Assembly (NCBI GenBank): GCA_964019335.1
Contig: OZ025679.1
Span: 496,001 to 560,000, forward strand
Reading direction: 5' to 3'
DNA length: 64,000 nt
From: Diplonema japonicum
Lineage: Eukaryota > Protista > Euglenozoa: Diplonemea
Positions 22,201-34,409 of this stretch are shown here, one piece after another (positions within the stretch are counted from its first letter, which is position 1; every line of letters begins with the position of its first letter). The position numbers and the translations under genes were made by a program. The notes under the pieces are model-generated. The model did not search any database. It saw only the letters and a list, made by a program, of their open reading frames with translations, and had not been told where the DNA came from.

Positions 22201-25200
22201 CCAACAGGCACTTACACATTCACCTCCACGACTTGGAATGTAGCGCAGAGTGTGACTGTGGTGGGGCAGGACGACAATGTGGTTGATGGCACTGTGTCCT
22301 ACAGCATTTCCTGTTCTGTGACAGCAACAGGTGACACACGGTACCAAGGTCTGAGCAGCACAGTAACTGTTTCTAATCGCGACAATGACGTTGCTGGTGT
22401 GCTAGTCACGCCGACGGTGTTGGCCATCTCAGAGACAACAAGCCAGACCGCCGATTTCAGACTGACATTGGAAAGTGAACCAACTGCAGATGTCAGCTTC
22501 TCGATCAGGTCCAGTGATACAAGTGAGTCCACGGTAGCACCTGGCACAGTGACCTTCACAGCTGTAACGTGGAATGTACCGCAGGTGGTGACCGTCACTG
22601 CTGTCGATGACCAAATGGACGACGGAGATGTGCTGCATAGTATAATTGTTGATGTGGGGACAAGCCTTGACCCCGCGTACAACGGAATGGATCCTCAAGA
22701 CGTGCAGGTCACTACACTTGACGACGACACAAAAGGCGTGACGGTATTTCCTACGAGTGGTTTACAAACGAACGAAGGTGGACAAATGGCGGAATTCACA
22801 GTGCTGTTAACAAGTCAGCCAGTAGGAGATGTATCAGTGACCTTCTCCGCAGCTGCTGAGGTTTCTGCATCGCCTGCTACGTTGCTGTTCCTTCCCTCCA
22901 CATGGGGCTTTGCACAGACAGTAACGCTGACAGGGATCGACGACAACATAGCCGATGGCGATGTTTCTGTCACTGTTACTGCAGCGCCCATTGTCAGCAG
23001 CGACACCAACTACAATGGCTTCGTGGCACCGTCTGTCACAGTTACGAACCTTGACGACGATGTGCCAGGGGTGAGCACGACCGCAGGCACTGACGTTACC
23101 ACTGAGTTAGGTGGCTGGGCGTTTTTCACTGTCAGACTATTGAGCCAGCCAACCGCAAATGTGATAGTGCCACTGTCCAGCAGCGACCCTACTGAAGGCG
23201 TACCCGATGTCAGTTCCCTCATCTTTACAGCGGCCACATGGAGTATCCTTCAAACCGTGACTGTGACGGGGGTCAATGACCAAGCAGCTGACGGTGATCA
23301 GATGTATACTATAAACATCGAGAAGTGTGTTACATCTGATGCAAGATATTCTGCCCTTTCCAGCAGCAGCATGAGCATGACGAACACGGATGACGACGTC
23401 ATTGGGGTCACTGTCACCCCTGTTATGGGTAGTACCACTGAGAATGGCGGGTTGATGACCTTTACCGTAGTTCTAAGTAGCATGCCGAGTGCATTGGTGA
23501 CTGTGCCTGTCAGTGTTTCCGACGCAACCGAAGGATCAGTGTCAGTTGCTTCTATTTCCTTCAGCGGTAGCAGCTACGCAATCCCACAAACGGTGACAGT
23601 GACGGGTCTTGATGACTTCGTGGCTGATGGTGACGTGGCCTATTCTGTGGTTCTGGCGCCTGCGACGAGCAGTGACGTGCAGTACTCGGGCTTCGACCCT
23701 TCCGACATCCAAGTTATCAACACTGATGACGACGTAGCCTCGCTTGTCGTGACCCCGACATCTGGTCTGGTCACTTCCAAGGCCGGCGGTGGTGCTACAT
23801 TCACTGTTGCTCTCGGGAGCCAGCCTACAGCCTCTGCGACAGTCCCTATTTCCTCTTCGAACACTGCAGAAGGTGTGGTTGCGGTTTCGTCTCTGACCTT
23901 CACGACAGCCAACTGGAACCAGCTACAAACAGTGACTGTGTCGGGTGTCGACGACCATGTTGATGACGGCAACGTGGTGTTCAACGTTGTTGTGGGGCCT
24001 CCTACTTCCTCAGATGCAGCGTTTTCTGCGCTGTCTGCTGTGCAAGTTGGTGTCACAAACCTGGACGACGACACTGCGGGCATAGTGGCCACAGCCTCCC
24101 CAAGCCTCGTGACGACCGAGGCTGGCGGCATGTCCTACGTGTACATCTCGTTGAGCAGCATGCCTGCCAATGACGTGTCCATCAGCGTCGCCTCGACGGA
24201 CACCAGTGAGGGGACAGTATCCACCAATAGTGTGCACTTCACGCCTGCCACCTGGTCTGTCATACAGACAGTGACTGTCACCGGCGTCAACGACGATGTT
24301 GCAGACGGCGACGTGCAATACACAGTTATGCTCAGTCCTGCCGTCAGTGCGGACATGAAATACGCGTCGATCGACCCACAGGACTTCCTCATCACCAACA
24401 CGGACAACGACGCAGTGGGAGTCACGCTGTCGGCAACACAATTAACCACTTCAGAGGCTCAGACGAGTGCTACGTTCACAGCTGTACTCAATTCCGAGCC
24501 CACCGCTGATGTGCTGATGGCAATGACAAGTAGCGATATTACAGAGGGGAGTGTTATGCCACCATCCCTTTCGTTCAGCTCTGCGACATGGTCCGTGCCG
24601 CAGACGGTGACCGTGGTGGGTGTAGAGGACTTCGTGGCAGATGGTGACATCACGTACAATGTGCGACTTGGAGCATCGTCAGCTGATGCCAACTACAATA
24701 GCAGAATATTTGAAGTGTCTGCCACAAACACTGACGACGACACAGTGGGATACACCGTAACGCAGATGCAGAGCACCACCTCAGAAGCAGGCAACACGGC
24801 CACCGTGGAGTTTAGCCTAACCAGTGAACCAATCGCAGCTGTTATCATAATGTTAACATCGAGCAATCCGCAAGAGGGTACGTTGTCGACGGCTACATTA
24901 ACTTTTACCAGCGCATCGTGGAATGTGCCTCAGACACTCACGGTGCAGGGCGTCGATGATGAGATTGCTGACGGAGATGTAACTTACAGTGTGGTCACGA
25001 GGTCAACAGCGTCACAAGATACGAACTACGCCCTCCTGGACCCTCAGGACCTTACTTTCGTGAATATAGACGACGATGTAAGTGGCATCGATGTGGCACC
25101 TCTTTCAGGCCTCACGACAGCGGAAGACGGCACATCAGCGACGTTCACAGTTGCCTTGCGCTCACAGCCAGAATTAGTTGTGAGCATCCCCATCACGTCA

Positions 25201-28200
25201 CAAGACAGCACTGAGGGGCGTCCTGCAACATCTATGCTGCAGTTCACACCCTCCAATTGGAAGGCTGTGCAAACTGTCACTGTCATCGGCGTCGATGATT
25301 TTGTTGCCGATGGCGACACTACATACACCATGACAGTGGGCACCGCGCTGAACTACTACAGCATCAACCCGCCGGACGTGGTACTCACCAATACAGACAA
25401 CGACGTAGCCGGTGTTGTTGTCACAACGTCGGCAACCACACTGACCGAAGCAGGCACGCAAGCATTCATCACTATGGTGTTGAGCAGCCAGCCGTTGGAC
25501 ACGGTCACCGTTCCTGTGAGTAGCTCTGACACAACGGAGGCAACTGTATCACACGTTTCGATGGTATTCCAGCCGTCGTCTTGGAACACCGTCCAGACTC
25601 TCACCGTGACTGCTGTTGACGACAAGGTGGCAGACGGTGACCAGAATATCAATCTGGTTCTGGCAGCGGTTGTGTCCTCTGATGCTGCCTACAGCGGAAC
25701 CGTTCTGCAAGACATTGCGCTGACTGTCGTTGACGACGATGTGAGCGGTGTGCTTCTCTCGCTTGTCTCTCAAAGCTCCACAACCTCAGAGACAGGCACG
25801 TCTGTGTCACTTTCCTTAGTGCTGCAGTCTCAGCCAACTGCAGATGTTATTGTCCAGATTGCGTCGAGCAACGCACAGGAGGGCACGCCGTTACCGCTGT
25901 CAGCAACCTTTACGGTACTCACGTGGAGCACACCACAGCCCATTGTAGTCACAGGTGTCGATGATAAGCTGGACGATGGCAATGTGGGTTACTCAGTGTC
26001 AGGCACTGCAATGTCCGCTGACGCTGTTTACCAGGGTGCTGCCTCGGTCTTTATTCAGCTAACTAACGAAAACGACGACACAGCTGGCATCACTGTGGCA
26101 CCGACTACTATGCTCACCACGTCCGAAGGAGGCGACACGGCAACGTTCACAATGGTGCTGAATTCTGAGCCCAGCTCTGCTGTGGTTGTTTCGCTTTCGA
26201 GCAGCGATACTACAGAAGGTGCGCTGTCTCCAACCTCACTAACGTACGATTTCTCAGACTGGTCTATACCTAAGACAGTGACAGTGACAGGCCAGCCTGA
26301 TACAGTCGATGATGGTGCTGTGACTTACGAAGTGATCTTTTCGCCCGCTGCTAGCATGGACATGAACTACCACGGCACGGTGATAGCTAACATCCCTGTC
26401 ACCAACGAGGCGCTGCATTGTTCCCAGTTTTTGTGTCCTGCTGATAAGATCCCCCAAAACGTACATTGCACAGGATCTAGCTGCACAGAGCCGCAGTGCT
26501 GTATCTCTTCGTGCGCTTCACATACGTGTGTCACACCCAGAGTTCCTGTTGCCTCACCTAACATGGTGCCCTGTCCCTCGGGATGCACCGATACCATCTG
26601 TTGTGAGTACTCATGTACTGGTCACTCCTGCCCCATAGGAACGGTGGTTCGTGATGCCACGTGCCCTTCATCTACGTGTACGGACAATATTTGCTGTGGT
26701 GAGTCGTGCAGCACATTTACTTGCTTGTCGGGCTTCTTGATTAAGGCAGCTGCAGCAACCTTAGGATGTCCTGCAGGTGGTTGCGACAACGGCTTCTGCT
26801 GCGAACAAAGCTGTGACTCGTACCAATGCCCTATGAACTACAAGCTCAAGACTTCTGCGGACAACATCCGCTGCCTGACGGGGTGCAATGTCAATATGTG
26901 TTGCGACATAACGTGCAACAGCTATGTATGTCCGACACACCTGGCGCTACTTCCCAACGCACTTACGATCTCATGCGACAGCAACGGATGCAGCACGGCC
27001 AAGTGCTGTTTTGATAGATGTGCTGGGGTTGTTTGCACCGCAACTTCTGTTTGCAGGAACCCTGGAACGTGCGACCCGACCTCAGGACAGTGCCGAGGTG
27101 ACCCGCCCAAGGTGGACGGCACAGCCTGTGATGATGGCGACGCTTCGACAACCAATGACATATGCTCTAGCGGCACCTGTGTGGGGGGCATCCTGTGCGG
27201 GGCTAACGTATGCACACCGTCAGAACCGCAGTGCTTTCTGTCTGCATGTTCTGGAAACACTTGTACAGAGAAGCAAAAGCCCGATGGCACTGCATGCAAC
27301 GATGGCGACACAGCCACTGTTAGTGATGTGTGCACAAATGGAAAATGCGCCGGAGAATGGCCAAGATGTTCCACGTTTAGCTCTGCACAATGTACCTTGA
27401 AGACTGACAGCGCAACCATTGTGTGCCCTTCTGGCACTTGTGACACGGCGACCTGTTGCAGCACTTGCACCGACTTCGACGTTATGCTGTGTCCAAGCCA
27501 GCAGCTTACGAACTCTCTTTGCCAGTCCGGTGGGTGTGATGCGCTTACATGCTGCAAAGATCTTTGTAAAGGTGTTGCGTGCGCGGCTTCAGATAGCTGT
27601 CATCAGGTAGGTACATGTGATTCAGCGACCGGTTTCTGTACCGACCCAGTAGTACAAGACGGTACTGTTTGCGACGATGGAAACGCAGAGACGCGTAGTG
27701 ATGTCTGCACGTCTGGTGTGTGCTCTGGTACTTGCGTGGGGACTAACTGTGCGGCAGCAGAACCCTCTTGCAATGTTCCTGTGTGCACAGGTGCGTGCAC
27801 GCAGCTGCCAAAGCCGGATGGCACCGTTTGCAACGATGGTAACGTTAGAACCGTCGGCGATCGTTGCAGCAGTGGGCGGTGCGGTGGTGCAATTATTACA
27901 TGCGGTACATCACCTTTGGCCATGACTTGCGACCTCATCACCGGTGCTGCTGGACGACAGTGCAGAGCCAAAGAGTGCAGCTCTGCTGAGTGCTGCAACT
28001 CCTGTGCCACATACTCAGGTACCTGCCAAGCTGGATATATTGCTGACACTTCTGCCAACATTTACTGTCCTCAGAGTGGTTGTTCGGCTGTTCTCTGCTG
28101 TAAGCCTGATAAATGTGCAGGTGTTACATGCAGCGGAGAAGGGCAGTGCACATTCTCAGGGGTTTGCGATCCACTCACCGGTATTTGCAACGTTGCAAAC

Positions 28201-31200
28201 AAAGCGGATGGTGTTGCGTGTAATGATGGTGATGACAGCACAGCAGGGGATCGCTGCATAGCTGGAGTGTGTGTCGGGGATGCAACGCTGGTGGATATCG
28301 GCTCGAAGTTCGTTGTGGAGACACCTTTCGACACCCTCACTGCCACACGGACTGCTTCGCAAGGTCTCCTTACAGCTCTGCAAAACCACTTGCGGGCTGC
28401 TGTTATCGGCATCAGGCGCATTAAAATCCAGTCGGTGTGTCGTGTTGATGGCACTGGCACGCGCGTGGTAGCATCTTGCATACCAGGCACTGCTGTGGTT
28501 AGCACAACAAAGCGTCGTGCCACCACTTTAGCAGCTGGCGACACATTTGTACATCTCACGGCTGCTGTTCCCAGTGTCTCTCTTGCCATGGCAACGGCAG
28601 ATGTTCAGCAGGCAACAAAACCGGGGACGCAGGTTGGGCAGTACCGTATCATCCCGCCAGAGGCCCCAATCACTACTGGGCTCTGCGCAGCTGTGGCATG
28701 TGATGTGAAAGGGCAATGCCACGACAGCGTCGAGTGCCGGACATCGACGGGAAAATGCGCCGAGTCGTATGTGGCAGATGGCACAACGTGCGACGACAGT
28801 GAGGCGGGCACTTCGATGGACACATGTGTGCTCGGTGCATGCAGTGGTATAATCACATGTTCAGGTGTGAGTTGTGCCCCCATAAACCCTCAATGCTACA
28901 CTGCTGCGTGCACTGCTGACTCTAAATGCAGCCAGGTCCTAAAGGCCGATGGCACGCCGTGCAACGATAACAACCCCAATACCGTCGATGATAGGTGCAA
29001 CAGAGGTGTCTGCCGGGGTACAGACCGGTGCTTGAATGTTGTTTGCGCTGCAGCTGACTGCCGCCTAGCAGGGGTTTGTGACCCTGCCACCGGTTTGTGT
29101 AGTAGCCCGCTCGCCCCCGACAACACGATATGTGACGATGGCGATGCTGCAACGGGTGGCGACAAGTGCATCGCAGGCACTTGTGTTGGTTCCATCTCCT
29201 GCGGGACGGAAACTTGCGTACCTTTAGAGCCGTTATGCCACACAGCAGCTTGTGAAAACGATGTGTGCACGCAGAAGACCAAGGTGAACTGGTCCCCCTG
29301 CGATGACGGTGAGCCAATAACCGTAGACGACCATTGCATGGCTGGCAGCTGTGTAGGGGCTGACAAGTGTGCCGGTGTTACGTGCGACAACGCGGATCAG
29401 TGTCATGACACGGGATACTGTCTGCCCACGACAGGAATATGCACGATGTCGCAGCGTCAAGATGGCTATCCCTGCGACGATGGCGATCCAACAACCACTG
29501 GCGACAAATGCATCCGAGGTCTCTGCTTAGGGTCCGTTAGCTGCAAGGCTGGAACTTGCCAGCTTTCAGATAGCCAGTGCCACACTGCAGGTTGCGATGC
29601 TATCAATGGCCAATGCATCGAGATCTCGAAGGCAGACGGTACAGTGTGCACAGACTCCAACCTCGATACTACCAATGACAAATGCGTAAATGGAAACTGC
29701 GTAGGAACCAACCTGTGCCTTAACGTTCTGTGCAAAGCGAGTGATGTTTGCCACGATATAGGTGTCTGTGACCCTACACTGGGTATCTGCAGTGATCCCC
29801 AGAAGTCATATGGCACAGCATGTGATGATGGCGACGCATCTACGGGAGGTGATAAGTGTATCAATGGCGTCTGCATAGGTTCAATTGTTTGCGGTGGGAA
29901 TGTGTGCATGCCTTCGTTGGCACAATGCCAGGCTGCTGCCTGCGTGGGGAGCAGTTGCGTATCGATTTCGAAGACAGGTCCTTGCAACGACGAGAACATG
30001 CTAACCTTGGACGACCAGTGCACTAATGGGCAGTGCAGGGGTGTTGATAGATGTGCTGGAGTTACCTGTTCGGCTTCAGACGACTGTCATGCTCTTGGTA
30101 CATGTAACCCTATCACTGGTTTGTGCAACGACCCAGTGCTATCAGATGGCTCTCAATGCAATGATGGCGATGTGAATACAGTCGGTGATAGATGCGTTGG
30201 TGGTGTGTGTGTGGGAGAAGTAGCTTGTGGTTCCACTGTGTGTACCCCCTCGCTTCCCAAATGTAATGTTGCCAGCTGTGACGGTACGCAATGCGTTGAG
30301 CGTGCCAAGCCCGATGGGTCTGGCTGCAACGACGGTGACCCTGCAACTGTCAACGATAGATGCATTGGGGGTGCCTGCACAGGTGCGCTGTCTTGTCAGG
30401 GAAGCCTGTGCCTTCCGAGTGACCCGCAGTGCCACGTAGCCTTGTGCGACCAGGATAGGTGCATGCAAAAGGTGAAGCCAGATGGGACACCGTGCACCGA
30501 TGGCTTGACGGAGACCACAGATGATAGGTGCGCAGTTGGTATTTGTACAGGCAAGAACAAGTGCTCTGGTGTGGTGTGCACAGCGAGCGATAGCTGCCAC
30601 ATGCAAGGGTCGTGCAACCCTTTGACGGGCTTGTGCTCAGACCCTTTGAAAGCAGATGGCGTTGTTTGCGATGATGGCGACACCGAAACATCGAACGATA
30701 AATGCGTGTCTGGGGTGTGCGTGGGTTCCATCAGCTGCGGTGGCGGACTGTGCATACCGCTTAGTCCAGGGTGCTACAAGGCTACATGTGTTACAAACCA
30801 GTGCAGCCAGGCTGCGATGCCTACGGGGACGCCCTGCAACGACGGGAATGCACTGACACGCAACGATGTCTGCAGCTTGGGCAAGTGCGGAGGGACGGAT
30901 CTCTGCAGCGGGGTAGTGTGTGAGGTGGCTAGCCAGTGTCATAATGTTGGCGTGTGCAACTCGCAGACCGGCATATGCAGTGACCCCATAAAGCCCGATG
31001 GCGCCATCTGCGACGATGAAGTAGCATACACGGGCGATGATGTGTGCACCGCTGGTGTGTGTGCAGGCTCTATTCTCTGCGGTGGCTCACCTTGCAAGGT
31101 TGACAGTCCTCAATGTCAGCTTCCAACTTGCAACCAAGGAACGTGCTCTTTCCTGAACAAACCCGACGGGACCGTCTGCAACGATGGCGACATTAACACA

Positions 31201-34200
31201 GGGTCTGACAGCTGCTTGGGGGGACGTTGTGTAGGCAGTGATAGGTGCCAAGGTGTGACATGCACTGCCATGAGCCAGTGCCACAACGTAGGTGCCTGTA
31301 TCAGTTCCAGGGGGTCTTGTACACAACCTAGGAAAACAGACGGGACATCTTGTGACGACGGCTCTTTGTTGGGAACAGGGCAGTGTACTGCTGGTCAGTG
31401 CTTGAGCAAGGTAACTTGCAGGAACGAAGTATGCGCCGCAGTTGAGCCGCAGTGCCACAACGCCGTGTGCTATGCTGACGGTTGCGGATTGCTCACCAAG
31501 TCAGATGGTACGCTGTGCGATGACGGTGACGACAGGACTGCCGGTGACCGATGCATGGGCGGTGGGTGCTCTGGGTCAGTCACATGCAACAACACAGTGT
31601 GCAGCTCTTCCTCACCGATGTGCCACGTGCCGAAGTGCAGCAACAACGTCTGCATTCAGGTGCCTAAGCCTGATGGGACCCCTTGTGATGACGGTAACCA
31701 GCAGACCACCGACGATAACTGCCAGGGCGGCACGTGTGCGGGGACTGACAAATGTGCCAGTGTAGTGTGCACGCCGTCGTCCATGTGTGTTGAGAAAAGC
31801 TCTTGCAACCCTAAGACGGGCCTGTGCGTTGAAGAGCACAAGGTAGCAGGGGTGGCCTGTGACGATGGTGATGCTGCAACTAAGCAGGATGCTTGTCATT
31901 TCGGTGTCTGTGCTGGTGTTCCTACGTGCAGCGGGGTCGTGTGCACACCTACAACGTTGCCATGTCTGCAAACAGTATGCTTGAACAACCGCTGCGACGA
32001 ACAACATAAGCCTGATGGCATCACGTGTGATGATGGGAACCCAGACACACAGGAAGACAAGTGCCAAGGAGGTGCCTGTGTTGGGTGGGTTTCCTGCGGT
32101 GGGATCTGTACACCCAGCGACCCGTGGTGCGGCACGGCTGCTTGTGTAGATGGCAAGTGTGTTCAAAAGCCAAAGACAGACGGCGCCACTTGCCACGACG
32201 GTGTACCCGACACTGTTAACGATGTGTGCAGCAATGGGGTTTGTGAGGGTGAGAATCTGTGCGCAGGAAAGGTGTGCGTTGCATCTGATGGCTGCCACGA
32301 CAATGGTGTTTGCATTTCACATCTTGGGATTTGTAGCAATGTAGTGAAGACAGACGGAGCATCATGCAACGATGGCCTCGCTGATACCACGGGTGATAAG
32401 TGTTTGGCTGGTGCCTGTGCCGGCACATTGTCGTGCAATGGTTCCCCTTGCACCCCTACAGAGCCCCACTGTTTCATTGCAGTGTGCACCAACAATGTGT
32501 GCACGCAGGTTGCAAAGGACGACGGCACGGCATGCAACGACAACGACCTCACCACAATGAACGACAAATGTGTCAACGGAGCGTGCGCTGGCGAGTCACG
32601 TTGCGCGGGCGTGACATGCCCTGCTGCAGTATGTTGTTGGTTTTTTTCAAGTATTCAATCCACAGGACTCTTGCCACACTGCAGGCACTTGCACACCAGA
32701 GCTCGGTATTTGCACAAGCCCCCCTGTCCCGGATGGGACGACGTGCGATGATGGCGATGCTGTCACCAGCGACGACAAGTGCGTGTCGGGGGTTTGCGTT
32801 GGATCCATTGCTTGTGGCGGCGCGACGTGCACAACAAGTGCGAAGTGCTCAACAGTTACGTGCACAATGAACAGATGTGCTGAGGAAGTGCGCGCTGATG
32901 GGCTGCGCTGCAACGATGGGAACTACAGCACGGTGAACGACATGTGCACGGCGGGGGTTTGCAAGGGAACAGTTGATTATTGCATTCCTAACCTGTGCGG
33001 GCCTTCTCAGGACTGCACAAGTGGAACAGGGCCGAACATGATGTATACTTGCGCATGTAAAGCACCTCTGGTTGGCAGTGCCACGAACACACCTGCCACT
33101 TGCCGTGCCATAGGCAAGGGAGAGTGCGAGAACGTCGGTACATGCAAGAGTGCTGGACAAGTCTGTGTCGACCCATCAGCTAACAATGGGAATTGGATGT
33201 GCGTGTGTAATCCGCCGTTGCGAGGCGCTGCCGCCGACGCTGCTGCCACGTGCTCCGTCATGGACACAGACCCACAGGTGGCGCACGTTACCATCTCGCC
33301 ACCTGTGCAGGCACAGCAGTGGGGCGTCTTGCTTGCAGACCGTCTGGGGATCAACCCCAGCAGGGTGGTTGTCGAGCAGGGCAGTGCTGCTGGTGAACTG
33401 AAGGTCTCGTTCCACGGTCCACCAGACCCGAATAGTGGATCGACTATCTACGGGAACAATCATTTAGCTGTAGCAAACATATTTAGCGAATTTATGGTGC
33501 AGGCGGCCGCCTGCCCTGCAGACGGCTTCTGCAGCGCGATGTCGATCGCCTCAGTTGACTATGCTGCAATGGAATGCAGCAACCTGCCGACGGAACAGGT
33601 GTGCGGCAAGAAGGGTGGGTGCTCGTGGGGTGATAAATGTAGTAGTAGCGACGATTCGAAGGATTTCGTGTGGCACTTGCGGTGGGTGTTGCCCGTGCTG
33701 TTATTTTTCATTGTTCTTTTATGTGTGGGGCTCTTCTTGTTGTACAAGAGGCGGCAGCAGGCGATACCGATGGAGAAACTACCGTCAGACGCGCCTTCTT
33801 CCGACAAAGGTGAGAAGACACCGTCGATGGTGCCCTTGGAGTCGGATCCTGTGAAGCCGAACCCTCTAGAGCACAGTCCTGGGAGCATGCTCAGCCCTGA
33901 GGTACTCAGTCAGATGAGGTCGAGGGCCTACAACCCTGACAACGCGCCGGTATGTTATCACTTAACTACTTCAACACCACTTAGATATGGAAGGCCCAAG
34001 AGTTGAGTGCCCACACTGTGACACCGACGCGATCCCCAACATACTCCCCCATGATGGGCCACAGGGAAAATTCCCTCCCGCCCTGGGTGACGTTATCCAA
34101 AGAAACAGACCGCCCCCTGTACCCCGAGGACTACACCCACTCCCCCGATATGCACACCGCAGGTCGCGGCGCTGCAGCTCCTCCGGCCCCTTCAGGCCGC

Positions 34201-34218
34201 TATCCTGTGAAAATCTAG
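19288..34218 (+). CDS. Giant type-I membrane protein (~4,952 aa): signal peptide, ~21 Calx-beta-like Ca-binding repeats, Cys-rich repeat stalk, EGF-like and SEA-like units, TM helix, Pro/Ser tail; exons 19288-32628, 32666-33949, 33985-34218
   Basis: A ~112-aa repeat (TxExG..FTVVL.SxP...SSDTTEG...TFT..NW...QTVTVTGVDD..DG...Y...VTNTDDD) runs to ~26410. Dozens of DGTxCDDGDxxTxxDxCxxGxC units follow, then the TM segment WVLPVLLFFIVLLCVGLFLLY-KRR. Introns of 37 and 35 nt restore the repeat register. Confidence 0.88.
19870..22307 (+). repeat. Two identical 755-nt blocks (19870-20624 and 21553-22307) inside the giant gene
   Basis: Offset 1683 nt; I saw no mismatches, and the antisense ORF translations in the track are identical for both copies. 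Confidence 0.9.
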
Positions 34219-34409
34219 ATTTCCTGACTGCCTGTTTTCTTTCTTGTTTTTTTTTTCCCCCTGTTTCATTTTTTCATTGCGTCTCATTTTTTTCGTAAGT
34301 ATATTTTGGCCTTCACTGGTGACCATAGATTTAGAGTGACAGACATTAAGTACTATTATTCTTTTATTTTTAAAGGCGTGTTTGGTAAAGAAAAGCCCCC
34401 TCAAAGGAG

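Noticed and set aside
19350-26410. Bacterial contamination or chimeric contig, suggested by bacterial-like repeats and HutF
   Set aside because: Both genes carry host-type micro-introns and are co-linear with RPB8, MAK21 and kinesin.
32600-32800. Apparent frameshift or pseudogenisation of the giant gene (similarly MAK21, the cyclase and the kinesin-like gene)
   Set aside because: Each break is explained by a canonical 31-38-nt GT-AG intron that restores conserved motifs.
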